From: Candidatus Bathyarchaeota archaeon
Lineage (GTDB): Archaea; Thermoproteota; Bathyarchaeia; Bathyarchaeales; Bathycorpusculaceae
Assembly: GCA_963772455.1 (NCBI GenBank)
Contig: CAVYXJ010000012.1
Location: 64,001-128,000, forward strand
Length of the DNA stretch: 64,000 nucleotides
Reading direction: 5' to 3'
How positions within the stretch are numbered: the stretch's first letter is position 1; every line of letters begins with the position of its first letter. This document shows positions 11,630 through 21,974 of this stretch, piece by piece. Below the pieces are notes generated by a model. It saw only the letters and a program-made list of their open reading frames with translations. It was not told where the DNA came from and did no database searches. A program made the position numbers and the translations under genes.

Positions 11630-12646
11630 CTACACTCCTAATGGATGAAAAACCCAGTTTACCAATGCCACCGTAAGCATGAGAGAAAGCAATGACGCAG
11701 GCAGTAGGATTCGCCAATTACCCGATAGTACTTGATCGATGCGGAAGCGTGCGAATACGACTGTAATGTATTCGGATATCATTACAACTACTAGCAGTTT
11801 GAGCACAAACCAAAGCGTATACCAGAACCACGATGGTCCAAAAAATACTGGTCCATATGGACCTCCTAGGAATAATTCAACCACCAAGGCTGAACCAAAT
11901 ATTATTTGCACATCACGAGTTAAGTGAAGGAAAGCTAGTTTGGCTCCAGTGAATTCTGTTTCTAATCCTCCTACTAGTTCGCTTTCAGAGTGAGGTACGT
12001 CGAAGGGGTCTTTTTCGAGTTCTGCCTGCATAGTTATTACGAATAAGACGAAAGCCCATGGCGCCAATAATATGAATGGAAGAGCATGAATAGATTGGAA
12101 TTGGGCTATCTGTGAAATTTGTAGACTTCCAGCTATGAATGCTGGAGTTAATGCAATAAGAAAGAGAGGTATGTCATAACCTAAAAATTGAGTTAAGACT
12201 CTTGCTGAACCAATTGTGCCATATGGGTTACATGATGCCCAACCAGCCAAGAACAACAAAAAGTTCGCAACTGTGGCAAAAGCCAAAATAATAATTAAAT
12301 CGCCACTAAATCCGCCAATAGAACCATCAACGGTAAGGACACTTGCGCCGTCAATAGGCAGGAAGCATAACGCAAAAATCATAATTGTAAACGCAACAAG
12401 AGGAGCAAACTTAAAAATTGTTTTCTTAGCTTCTCTTGGCGTAATATCTTCTTTTGTTAAGAGCTTAATAAAATCTGCTAAAGGTTGAAGAATGCCGCCT
12501 GGACCCGCAACCATGGGACCAACACGATTTTGCAGACGTGCCTCGATTTTTCGCTCCATCCAATCGCAAAAGAGAGTCAAAAGTAATAGAAATGTGAAAC
12601 CTGGGAAAACGAGTATGCGGAAGATTAGGAGGAAATAATCGATCAT
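11630..12646 (-). CDS. NuoH-like membrane anchor subunit
   Basis: ERKIEARLQNRVGP, LQPLADFIKLLTKE, PFDVPHSESELVGG, RFRIDQ. Confidence 0.92.
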   Translation of the reverse strand: MIDYFLLIFRILVFPGFTFLLLLTLFCDWMERKIEARLQNRVGPMVAGPGGILQPLADFIKLLTKEDITPREAKKTIFKFAPLVAFTIMIFALCFLPIDGASVLTVDGSIGGFSGDLIIILAFATVANFLLFLAGWASCNPYGTIGSARVLTQFLGYDIPLFLIALTPAFIAGSLQISQIAQFQSIHALPFILLAPWAFVLFVITMQAELEKDPFDVPHSESELVGGLETEFTGAKLAFLHLTRDVQIIFGSALVVELFLGGPYGPVFFGPSWFWYTLWFVLKLLVVVMISEYITVVFARFRIDQVLSGNWRILLPASLLSLMLTVALVNWVFHPLGV

Positions 12647-12653
12647 TTATGTA

Positions 12654-14231
12654 TCACCGATCTGTACATGAAAAGCAAGGGTCTAAACTGACAAAGTTAG
12701 CAGGAACATCAGCTATGCTTTCACCTATTGCTGATTTAAGGAATGAAGGTATATTGGCGAATGTTGGTGTGCGGACTTTAACGCGATCAGGCATGTCGGT
12801 TCCGTTACTTCTAACGTAGTAGAATAGTTCGCCTCTTGGAGCTTCAAGGCGATGTATTGCTTCTCCTGCAGGAACAGATCGAGGAACGTCAATTCGGAAT
12901 GGCCCTGAAGGCATATGGTCAAGAGCATAATCGATGATGTTGATACTTTCTTCCACTTCATCCATGCGAACATTCATTCTTGCCCATACATCGCCAGATG
13001 TATAGACTATTTCTTTAAACGGAATTTCGCCGTAGGCTTCATGAGGATCATCTTTGCGCACGTCAATATCAACACCTGAACCTCGAGCAACTGGACCAAC
13101 TACTGATAGTTTGAGTGCATCTTCTTTTGAGAGTACGCCCACATCTTTCATACGCAGTCTTAGAGTAGGTTCATTTTCGTAAACTTGTCTATAGAAAGGT
13201 AATTTGCCTCGAAGATCTTTGAGTATAGATCTGATTTTTGGCATGTCTTCGTCTTTTATGTCACGTCTAACTCCTCCCACAGTCATGAGAGAACCATAAA
13301 CGCGGTTGCCACTAGTTAATTCAACTAAATCCATTACTGGTTCTCGATCTCTCCAAAAATACTGGAAGACGCTTTCATAACCGATTTCTAAACCAGCATG
13401 ACCTAAAGTCAAAAGATGACTATGCAACCTGTTAAGTTCTAAGGCAATAACTCGCAGGTATTTGGCTCTGGGTGGAACATCAAGTTTCATGATTTTTTCC
13501 ACAGCACCAACAAAACCGTAAGCATGACAAGCATTGCAAATGCCGCAAATGCGCTCTACTAAGTAAACGTCTTGGAGGTAAGTGCGTGTTTCAGTTGCTT
13601 TTTCAATGCCTCTATGTACATAGCCGATTCGAGGTTCAACATTAGTTACTGTTTCTCCGTCAACTGTTACTGCGAATTTTTCAGGTTCCAATAGTGCTGG
13701 ATGCTGAGGTCCGATTATGATTTTAACGAGTCTACTGTTCTCAGGATTTTTATTTTCTTCTGAAGCTGGTGTTGGAACCATTTTTACCTCGTTAGCCTTA
13801 ACATCTTTTCTTAATGGATAGACACCTTGAGGCCAATTTTCTGATAAAACGAAGTGACCTGGCGTTGGGTGACCTTCAAAAACTACACCTAAGAGATCTG
13901 CAACTTCCATTTCATGGAATGTTGCGCCTGGATGAATGTCTACTATTGTTTTGATTTTAGGGTTTTCTTTAGGCACTTCTGTTTTTATTGTTAGAAAAGC
14001 TTTGGATGTATGAATGTGGTAGTAGACACCAAGGTTTGCTCCAAGGTCTAAACCTGTTATGGCAGTTATACCTGTTTTTGCGTCAGCTTCAATCATAGCT
14101 TTTAGGACATCATGGTGCAAACCATTACTCACGGTTATTGCAGCTACGCCAAGCTGACCCAATTGAATTTGGACTTTATCGCCAAATTTAGATTTTATTA
14201 ATTCAATCATGTCTATTTTATTGTTTGACAA
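12654..14231 (-). CDS. Group 4 [NiFe]-hydrogenase large subunit with fused N-terminal NuoC-like domain
   Basis: NuoC-like WPQGVYPLRKD; GPQHP, GYVHRGIEK; L1 motif RICGIC; terminal L2 motif DPCFSCTDR*. Confidence 0.93.
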   Translation of the reverse strand: MSNNKIDMIELIKSKFGDKVQIQLGQLGVAAITVSNGLHHDVLKAMIEADAKTGITAITGLDLGANLGVYYHIHTSKAFLTIKTEVPKENPKIKTIVDIHPGATFHEMEVADLLGVVFEGHPTPGHFVLSENWPQGVYPLRKDVKANEVKMVPTPASEENKNPENSRLVKIIIGPQHPALLEPEKFAVTVDGETVTNVEPRIGYVHRGIEKATETRTYLQDVYLVERICGICNACHAYGFVGAVEKIMKLDVPPRAKYLRVIALELNRLHSHLLTLGHAGLEIGYESVFQYFWRDREPVMDLVELTSGNRVYGSLMTVGGVRRDIKDEDMPKIRSILKDLRGKLPFYRQVYENEPTLRLRMKDVGVLSKEDALKLSVVGPVARGSGVDIDVRKDDPHEAYGEIPFKEIVYTSGDVWARMNVRMDEVEESINIIDYALDHMPSGPFRIDVPRSVPAGEAIHRLEAPRGELFYYVRSNGTDMPDRVKVRTPTFANIPSFLKSAIGESIADVPANFVSLDPCFSCTDR

Positions 14232-14748
14232 TTGGTTCTTCCTCCTTAACTTCCATTTGAGCCGATTTTGTTTCGGCTTCAGTTTTATTAACCTCTTTTT
14301 CTTGTTTAGACTGTTTTTTTGGTTTAGGTGGATTTAATGCGTTTAGAAGCTTCACTACGCCATCTAGGATTGCTTCGGGACGCGGTGGACAACCTGGTAT
14401 GTAAGCTGTTACGGGAATTACTTTGTCGACTCCGCCTACTACGTTATAGTTTCCTTCAAAGACTCCGCCGCTGCATGCACAAGCACCGATGGCTACTACG
14501 AATTTGGGTTGGGGCATTTGGTCATAGATGCTTTTTAGTCGTTCTGCACATTGCTGTGTTACACAGCCTGTTACTAGTAAAACGTCAGCGTGTCTTGGTG
14601 AAGGTTCAAGTTTTACGCCAAAACGTTCAACATCATATTTTGGGGTTAATAATGCTACTATTTCTATGTCGCATCCGTTGCAGGCACCTGAATTAAAATG
14701 CAAGACCCAAGGTGATTTTACTCGAGCCCATGTTTTTGTATCAGTCAT
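14218..14748 (-). CDS. Hydrogenase small subunit (NuoB-like, one [4Fe-4S])
   Basis: GACNGCDIE, SPRHAD, GACAC, PGCPPRPE; start taken at MTDTK. Confidence 0.92.
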   Translation of the reverse strand: MTDTKTWARVKSPWVLHFNSGACNGCDIEIVALLTPKYDVERFGVKLEPSPRHADVLLVTGCVTQQCAERLKSIYDQMPQPKFVVAIGACACSGGVFEGNYNVVGGVDKVIPVTAYIPGCPPRPEAILDGVVKLLNALNPPKPKKQSKQEKEVNKTEAETKSAQMEVKEEEPIVKQ

Positions 14749-15076
14749 ATTCTTTTCCTCCTTCAACGAGAACTAAACCTGCTGCAAGAACTATACCAAT
14801 ATAGAGAATTAACAGAAGTGGGTTTAAAGCAGTTAAATTAAAAGCAGCAAAAGCAAGGACTAATACTGCTGAGTCAAAAACCACAAAGTAAATCAAATAT
14901 TTGTACAATGAAACGTTAATTTTTAATCCAAAAAAGGATACTTTTTCTCCACAAGCATAGGATGCTTGAGCGTTTTCGCTTATGGTAGTTTTAGGAGCCG
15001 ATCTCTGGCCTATTGTGTAGATTGCCATTGCTGAAATAAAGATTAATACGAATGCTATGAGGGCTTCTTCAAGCAT
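14741..15076 (-). CDS. NuoA-like membrane subunit
   Basis: SYACGE loop, YLIYFVVFD, three TM helices; first gene of the operon. Confidence 0.85.
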   Translation of the reverse strand: MLEEALIAFVLIFISAMAIYTIGQRSAPKTTISENAQASYACGEKVSFFGLKINVSLYKYLIYFVVFDSAVLVLAFAAFNLTALNPLLLILYIGIVLAAGLVLVEGGKEYD

Positions 15077-15311
15077 AGTTCTTCTCTCCGTTTTTTGTCT
15101 TAACCATTAAACCCATCTCGAGGTTAAAGCGAGAATTACATATGTTATATTCAGAAGACTTACAATGAACGCATTTATATTTATCTATACAAAAACTGTG
15201 CAATCGGACATTATTTTGGGTAATTGACAGATAGTCGTCTTCTATGTATCGGACTTCTTTCCAAGCGAAGCCGCCTAGTATGCCCTCTCCACTCGCTCTG
15301 TTTTCTCCCAT
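15069..15311 (-). CDS. Possible small hypothetical protein (or a structured leader, see findings)
   Basis: ATG preceded by GGGGT RBS-like sequence and a TTTAAAA box; no recognisable motif. Confidence 0.3.
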   Translation of the reverse strand: MGENRASGEGILGGFAWKEVRYIEDDYLSITQNNVRLHSFCIDKYKCVHCKSSEYNICNSRFNLEMGLMVKTKNGEKNYA

Positions 15312-15412
15312 ACTACCCCGAGCTAGTTCATTTAGAAATACTTCACTTGCTTTTAAATTTTAAGCACAAAAAAATGCGAAATTTCATACTTCTTTGAAAA
15401 ATATAAGGAGAG

Positions 15413-15910
15413 CTAGTCAGTTTCAGCTGTTCCATGCCATCGTCTTTCCAAGTAAAGAATCAAGCTGAACAAACCTCGGCTGAATATTACCAAAATCAGT
15501 AATTCAAACTCAGGAATGGTTCTTGTGGCTACAGTACGAATGATTTCTGCTCCGATAAAGAAGTTTAAACTCAAGGTTAAGTACCCAGATAAGTAATGCG
15601 TAGATGATGAGGGTTGATATGGATCTTTTAGTTTGCTTTGAACAAATCGGATAATCACCAAAATTGCACCAAAAGTTATTACTCCGCCGCCGAAAAGATA
15701 GAGAGCGTCAGCAGCCAAAGTAAGTATAACGTATATTGCATCGTAAATAGCTCCTCCTGAAACGTAGGTTCCTCCTGAAAGTGAACTTATAAAGTCAGGG
15801 TTAAGCAACGAAATAATAGATCCTAAAATAGCTGCGACAACTATTACAACAAATATTATTAGTGCTAAGTAATTGTTCCTTTGCTTTTCTTTTTTAGAAT
15901 TTTGGGTCAT
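15413..15910 (-). CDS. DUF1622-like membrane protein
   Basis: YLTLSLNFFIGAEIIRTV...LILVIFSRGLFSLILYLE resembles the DUF1622 pattern. Confidence 0.7.
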   Translation of the reverse strand: MTQNSKKEKQRNNYLALIIFVVIVVAAILGSIISLLNPDFISSLSGGTYVSGGAIYDAIYVILTLAADALYLFGGGVITFGAILVIIRFVQSKLKDPYQPSSSTHYLSGYLTLSLNFFIGAEIIRTVATRTIPEFELLILVIFSRGLFSLILYLERRWHGTAETD

Positions 15911-16037
15911 AAAATTTAGGCAACCTAAACTTACAATTATTTAAGGTATGTTTTCCTTAATAAATTTGATTTAGAAGTGACTTAACATTTATCAAAATTC
16001 AGATAAAAAAGAAAAAATGGTTGAGTTGAGAGATAAT

Positions 16038-17138
16038 TTAGACTTTGATTTCTTCGGCCAAGCCTGCTGCAGGATATGGAAACAAATGAGCTTTGTCTAG
16101 TGGATAAGTAATTGAAACGTCTTCTCCGATTTTTATCCAATCTTCAGTTAGCGATGGTCTGTTGATAACAAATCGGTCACCGTTTTCGAGCCTAATATCG
16201 TAACGAACAACTATACCTTCAAATGTACTTTTTTCAACTTTTCCATAAAGACTATTTTCAGCAGCGATACGCCCTTTTTTCATTTCACATGTTTCAGGTC
16301 TAATTGCTAATACCACTCTTTCTTCTTGTTTGATATTCATTTGATTTAATGCATTAATCTTTAGTCCCTGACGCAACTCAATTTCTGTTTGACCATTTGC
16401 TTTAGTGATATAACCTTCTAAAAAGTTTGATTCCCCAATAAAGAAAGCTACAAACAAGCTGTTAGGATCCATATAGAGTTCCTGCGATGTCCCAACCTGT
16501 ACAATCTTACCTTTCTTCATCACAGCAATTCGGTCAGAAATGGACATTGCTTCAGATTGATCATGAGTAACGTGGATTGCTGTGAGTTTGAGGTCTTTTG
16601 CCATTCGTCGAATTTCATACCTAATCTCGTTTCGCACTTTGGCATCAAGTTGACCCAAAGGTTCATCCAAAAGCAGAGTTTTAGCGCCTGCTGCCAATGC
16701 ACGAGCGACGGCAATTCGCTGCATCATTCCGCCGCTAAGTTCACTGGGGTAGGCATTCAAACGTTCGTTAAGTTTGACAAGTTCGAGAACTTCATGTCCA
16801 ATCGTTTCTGCTTGTTTAGCATCATAATTTTTAACTTTTGGACCATACAAAACATTACTCCACGCAGTCATATGCGGAAATAAGGCGAATGTTTGGAAGA
16901 CGAACCCTATGTCACGGTCTTCCGGCGGAATTTTATCAACTCTTCTATCACCTATGTAGATTTCACCGCTGTCAGGCTCGATTAACCCTGCTATAACTCT
17001 TAGTAATGTGGTTTTGCCGCAACCGCTTGGACCAAGCAAAGAGAAGTATTCCTGGTCATGAATAGTTAAGCTGACATTGTCTAAAGCGTAGACATTTCCA
17101 TATTTCTTTGTTACATTTACGACTCTGACATCAGGCAT
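16038..17138 (-). CDS. ABC transporter ATPase (PotA/FbpC class, TOBE domain)
   Basis: GPSGCGKT, LSGGMMQR, LLLDEP, HVTHDQ. Confidence 0.92.
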   Translation of the reverse strand: MPDVRVVNVTKKYGNVYALDNVSLTIHDQEYFSLLGPSGCGKTTLLRVIAGLIEPDSGEIYIGDRRVDKIPPEDRDIGFVFQTFALFPHMTAWSNVLYGPKVKNYDAKQAETIGHEVLELVKLNERLNAYPSELSGGMMQRIAVARALAAGAKTLLLDEPLGQLDAKVRNEIRYEIRRMAKDLKLTAIHVTHDQSEAMSISDRIAVMKKGKIVQVGTSQELYMDPNSLFVAFFIGESNFLEGYITKANGQTEIELRQGLKINALNQMNIKQEERVVLAIRPETCEMKKGRIAAENSLYGKVEKSTFEGIVVRYDIRLENGDRFVINRPSLTEDWIKIGEDVSITYPLDKAHLFPYPAAGLAEEIKV

Positions 17139-17173
17139 TGTTAGCTCTCCTTATTGCATTTTTAATTGACATT

Positions 17174-18862
17174 CTAAACCTTTCCTTTCCTTGTTAAAAT
17201 CCTTAAAACCAATAGAATTACGAAACTAAACAGAATTAGCAAACCGCAAGCTAAACCAACAATTAACTCATTGACTCCGACAATCGGGGATATTGTACCT
17301 CTAACAGAATTCACCCAACTCACTATCAAAACGGGTGCCGTCTGCAACTTATTAGCAACCGCAAGAGTTGCACCTGTTTCACTAATGCTTCTTGTAAATA
17401 CGATAATTGCGCCCGAAAAGATTGAGTATTTTGTTATGGGCCAAACGATGGTTCTAAAAACAGCGAAAGGTTTAGCTCCCAATGTTCTCGCAGCTTCTTC
17501 CATGTCAAGGCTAATTCGTTCCATCGCCGCTGACATCGACCTGACAAAGTAGGGGTACGTAATTGATAGATGTGCAAACACTAATAATAAAAATTCAGGA
17601 AGGCCAGATACCCCTTGCCAGAAAAATTTAAGAGATATTCCTAGAGCTATGGATGGTACAATTATCGGAACATAAATCAACGTGTCCAGAAATGCTGAAG
17701 GCCATTTTCCAAAAGTTTTACGAGCAATCAATATTGCCATTGGTAATCCAAGCAGTATTCCTAAAACTGTCACAATAGCTGCTAAACTATACGATAGCAG
17801 TAGACTTTGCCAAAAACTTGCCCAAACTCCAGAGCCTGTGAAAGCCTGAACCAAAGTAGGCCCAGTAGCTATCGCTTGGAAGGCAGGTAAGGCTACGAAC
17901 ATTGAAGGAATAAGAATTATTAAAAAGAAAACTAGCAAAGCAATACTGTTACGCGACCAAGCACCTTTTTTATAACTCAATTTCTTTTCAAAAGAAGGCA
18001 ATCCGTGGCCAAATGGCAGTTTAAACCTATTTCCGACTATTCGTATCAATGCAAAGATTGTCAGAGAGACAGAAATCAAGATTATGCTGGCGAAAACTGT
18101 TGCTCCTTCGTAGGTTCCTTGCGTTATTGCACCCGATTTAAATTGGTTGCTTACGGTTTGGATAAAAACTGGTCCATTAAGGAAAACACCCGCAGCCACA
18201 ATGAAAGTTGCGCCAGTTTCAGATAGTGATCTAGCAAATGCAAGTGTAAATGCTGCAATTAACGAGGGCTTAAGTATAGGAAAAGTTACGGTTCTGGAAG
18301 CCGTCATCGGAGGTGCTCCCAATGTTCTTGAAGCTCTTTCATATTCCATCTTATAGTCGAGAAGGGCGCCCACCATTACTCGAACAACAACCGGAAATGA
18401 AAATGTAAAGTGTAAAATCATTACAAGAAGCCATCCAGGAGAAACAAGCGATGAACCGAAAATTGATGAGATTCCACCACTTGAACTCCAAAAGAGGAGA
18501 AGTGAATAACCCAGTGCAGCTGTTGGCACAACAAAAGGAAGATCAGCCAAGGTATCTAAGATTGGCAGCCATCTTGATTTTCCCCTAGTAATAAGCCATG
18601 CTAACGGAACGCCAGCAAGCAAATCCAAGGCTGAAACAATTAAACCAATAATAAACGAGTTTGCAATTGCTCCCAAAGCAGTATTCATCAATTCAGGTTG
18701 ATCAATAATATTTTGAAGACTTCCGGCTTTGATCAATATACCAAGTATGGGTGGAATTAGTATAATTCCAAAAAATATGATTATTGCTGAAAGATAGAGG
18801 GTGTACTTTAAGGGTTTTTTAGAGGAAAGTTTGTTTAGTGCATTCCAGAGTTTGCTAAGCAC
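17174..18862 (-). CDS. ABC importer permease with two fused permease domains (FbpB/ThiP class)
   Basis: Two EAA loops: YERASRTLGA and MEEAARTLGA. Confidence 0.9.
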   Translation of the reverse strand: MLSKLWNALNKLSSKKPLKYTLYLSAIIIFFGIILIPPILGILIKAGSLQNIIDQPELMNTALGAIANSFIIGLIVSALDLLAGVPLAWLITRGKSRWLPILDTLADLPFVVPTAALGYSLLLFWSSSGGISSIFGSSLVSPGWLLVMILHFTFSFPVVVRVMVGALLDYKMEYERASRTLGAPPMTASRTVTFPILKPSLIAAFTLAFARSLSETGATFIVAAGVFLNGPVFIQTVSNQFKSGAITQGTYEGATVFASIILISVSLTIFALIRIVGNRFKLPFGHGLPSFEKKLSYKKGAWSRNSIALLVFFLIILIPSMFVALPAFQAIATGPTLVQAFTGSGVWASFWQSLLLSYSLAAIVTVLGILLGLPMAILIARKTFGKWPSAFLDTLIYVPIIVPSIALGISLKFFWQGVSGLPEFLLLVFAHLSITYPYFVRSMSAAMERISLDMEEAARTLGAKPFAVFRTIVWPITKYSIFSGAIIVFTRSISETGATLAVANKLQTAPVLIVSWVNSVRGTISPIVGVNELIVGLACGLLILFSFVILLVLRILTRKGKV

Positions 18863-19109
18863 AGCCCCGCTCCTTTCATCGAGTTTCCTTTTGGCTAAGC
18901 TGTCAAAATAATTCGTTCAAGTATATTAGTCGTTACATAGAACAAACGTTTTTTTCCATATTCTTGAATTATATTAAGTAGTCAATTTAGATGAAACCTA
19001 AAAGGGTTAGATGCAATTCAACCTGAAGTAATTGAAGTAAGAATAAAGCGGATACCTAAACCATCTAAAGTTGACACGCATAGCTACCCTTCTAAAAAAA
19101 TCAGCTCTT

Positions 19110-19883
19110 TTAGCTGACTACTTTTCTGAACTGGTAGAGCGTTGCACTCAATGTTATGATCGCCACTAGCCCGATTACTCCCCAAGCAGGAAGAATCGTA
19201 GCCCAATCATAACCATTAATCATTAGTACACGACAGGCGTCGACGGCGTAACTCACTGGGTTAAACTTGGAAACGGTCTGTACCCATTCAGGCAAGAAGC
19301 TAATTGGAAATAATGCAGAACTTAAGAACAGTAATGGGAAAGTGATGACACCGCCAATTGCAAAAACGGTTTCTGCACTTCTTGTCTTCATTCCTAAAGC
19401 TAGAGAAATTCCAGACCACGCAAGACCAAAGAACGCAATCGTGAAGAAGATCAATAGAATTCCAATAATTCCTGTTGTAACGAAGGCACCTAACAAGTAT
19501 GCTAAACCCAAAATTATGGCGGTTTGAACAACAACTCTGAAGGCATCACTTGTCAAGCGTCCTAGAAGAATTGCGGGACGGCTCATTGGTGTTACGAGCA
19601 TTTTTTGTAAGAAACCTGAGTCAATGTCAGCTACAATAGAGTTACCTGATTGCAAGGCACTTCCAAAAGCGTTTTGCATTAGAATTCCTGCAGTTGCAAA
19701 CTCTAAATAGCCTACTCCTGGCGGCAGAATTCCTGGAAAATTGCCAAGTCTTGTCAGTAATTGTGTGAATAATACAAGAAATAGGATAGGCTGAAAGAGC
19801 GAAAAGAAGAGTAGGATAGGAGTTCGTACAAGTTTTCTCATGTATCTAACAAAAACGTACCATGTGTCTGAAAGTAAAGTCAA
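19110..19883 (-). CDS. ABC-2 type exporter permease
   Basis: Six TM helices, LSSALFPISFLPEW, FNPVSYAVD. Confidence 0.9.
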   Translation of the reverse strand: MTLLSDTWYVFVRYMRKLVRTPILLFFSLFQPILFLVLFTQLLTRLGNFPGILPPGVGYLEFATAGILMQNAFGSALQSGNSIVADIDSGFLQKMLVTPMSRPAILLGRLTSDAFRVVVQTAIILGLAYLLGAFVTTGIIGILLIFFTIAFFGLAWSGISLALGMKTRSAETVFAIGGVITFPLLFLSSALFPISFLPEWVQTVSKFNPVSYAVDACRVLMINGYDWATILPAWGVIGLVAIITLSATLYQFRKVVS

Positions 19884-20878
19884 TAACGTCGACCTCCAAA
19901 CATTCTACTTGGCGCTTTAATCAGTTCTTCAGTTCGAATTCTTTTGCCAGTGTGTTTCATGAAAACGTCATCTAATGAAGGAGAAGAAAAAGTTACAGAC
20001 GCAATCCGAATGTCGCTGCTATCTAAAGCCCGCACAATGTCAGCTATGAGCAAACCTGCATTTTTGGCATAAACCGTCAAGCATTCTTCTGAATCTAAAA
20101 TTTGATTGACATCATTGAGGCTCTTGATGAGTTCTTTTGCTCTTTCTTTGTCCTTTTCACAATTTTCAAGTGAAATCCTAATGGAATCGGCTCCAATTTC
20201 ACGTTTAAGTTCCAAAGGAGATCCGCTTGCAACTATTTTTCCAATATCAATAATCGAAAGCCGCTTACATAACTTGTCTGCTTCTTCAAGATACTGAGTT
20301 GTCAAGAAAATTGTAATGCCCTGTTCTTTGTTTAGTTTTTCCAAATAACTCCAAATCGCTGAACGCGACTGAGGATCCAAACCTGTTGTTGGTTCATCAA
20401 GAAACAAGATTTTAGGCTTATGAATAAGAGCTGTTGCCAAGTCAAGACGTTTTTTCATGCCACCAGAATAATTTCTAGCACGTTTTTCTGAAGCTGATTC
20501 AAGCCCCACAAGAACCAATAGCTCATCCACACGTTTCTTAATTTCATCTCCATTCATTTGATGGAAATGACCTTGAAGTGTAATGTTTTCTCTACCCGTT
20601 AAATCGCCATCAACAGTTGTTTCTTGACTCTGAACACCAATAATCTTACGTATTGCAGCAGCCTGTTTGTCAACATCATATCCTGCTATGTTAACTGTGC
20701 CTGATGTTTTTCTTAGAAGTGTAGTAAGAATTTTGATTGTGGTACTTTTTCCGGCTCCGTTTGGACCTAAGAACCCGAAAAATTCGCCTTCTGCTACGTT
20801 GAAAGAAACATCGTCAACGGCTTTGGTGCCATCAGAATATATTTCAACAAGATTCTTTACAGTTATTATGTCTGTCAT
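19880..20878 (-). CDS. ABC exporter ATPase (DrrA class)
   Basis: GPNGAGKST, YSGGMKKRL, DEPTTGLDP, PSLDDVF. Confidence 0.92.
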   Translation of the reverse strand: MTDIITVKNLVEIYSDGTKAVDDVSFNVAEGEFFGFLGPNGAGKSTTIKILTTLLRKTSGTVNIAGYDVDKQAAAIRKIIGVQSQETTVDGDLTGRENITLQGHFHQMNGDEIKKRVDELLVLVGLESASEKRARNYSGGMKKRLDLATALIHKPKILFLDEPTTGLDPQSRSAIWSYLEKLNKEQGITIFLTTQYLEEADKLCKRLSIIDIGKIVASGSPLELKREIGADSIRISLENCEKDKERAKELIKSLNDVNQILDSEECLTVYAKNAGLLIADIVRALDSSDIRIASVTFSSPSLDDVFMKHTGKRIRTEELIKAPSRMFGGRRY

Positions 20879-21081
20879 TAACTGTCTAGAGTCAATTTTG
20901 CACTTAATAAAATAACTGTATGTAACTGCAATCTAACTACAACAGCAAGAAAGTATAATGATAACCAATTCCAAAATCTGTTTCTTCATATTTTCTACAC
21001 TAAGAAGATTTTCTCACCGTTCGCTTGAAAAAAAAAGGTTTTATTTCATATTTTACAATATAAGGTCTTGGCTATAGACTG

Positions 21082-21882
21082 ATGAAGAATTCTAAAGATA
21101 GTCAATACATGCCTGTTTTGTTTCTGGGACATGGCAGCCCAATGAATGCTATTGAAGAAAATGAATTCGTAACTGGATTCAGAGACATTGCAACAAAAAT
21201 ACCCAAGCCAAGAAAGATACTTTGCGTGTCAGCACATTGGGAAACAAATGGAGTATTTGTGACTGCAATGGATAAACCAAAAACAATTCATGACTTTTTT
21301 GGGTTTCCAAAAGAATTATATGAGGTCCAATATCCTGCACCTGGAAGCTCTGATTTGGCAAAAGAAATCGTAGGCATCATTTCAAAAACAAACGTAGGGT
21401 TGGATTATCAATGGGGACTCGACCATGGATGCTGGGTTGTGCTAAAACACATTTTTCCGGATGCTGACATACCCGTGGTTCAGATGAGTCTGGACTATAC
21501 TAAAAATGCGCAGTTTCATTATCAATTAGCAAAAGAACTTTCCTTACTTCGAAGAAAAGGAGTATTGATAATTGGAAGCGGAAATATGGTTCATAATTTA
21601 GGCATGATTTCATGGAATAATATTGATTGGCCCGAATTTGGTTTTGATTGGGCAATCGAAGCAAGTAATCGAATGAAAAAATTCATTCTTAACAATGAAC
21701 ATCAACAGTTAATAGACTACGAATCACAAGGCCGGAATTTTAAATTAGCAATTCCCACTCCAGAACATTACCTACCGCTACTCTACATGCTTGCACTAAA
21801 AAATGAGGAGGACAAAATAATGCTATTCAACGATAAACCATTCGCAGGATCAATAACTATGACCTCGTTAAAGATCAGTTGA
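21082..21882 (+). CDS. ygiD: 4,5-DOPA extradiol dioxygenase family (LigB fold)
   Basis: MPVLFLGHGSPMNA, VSAHW, GLDHG, GSGNMVHNL, PTPEHYLPL. Confidence 0.88.
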   Translation: MKNSKDSQYMPVLFLGHGSPMNAIEENEFVTGFRDIATKIPKPRKILCVSAHWETNGVFVTAMDKPKTIHDFFGFPKELYEVQYPAPGSSDLAKEIVGIISKTNVGLDYQWGLDHGCWVVLKHIFPDADIPVVQMSLDYTKNAQFHYQLAKELSLLRRKGVLIIGSGNMVHNLGMISWNNIDWPEFGFDWAIEASNRMKKFILNNEHQQLIDYESQGRNFKLAIPTPEHYLPLLYMLALKNEEDKIMLFNDKPFAGSITMTSLKIS

Positions 21883-21974
21883 AACACTAAACCACCAAAG
21901 CACATACTACAAATCATATATGACAAATTATTAATGCAAGTTGACATGTAACAGGCACACATAGGGATTCGACC

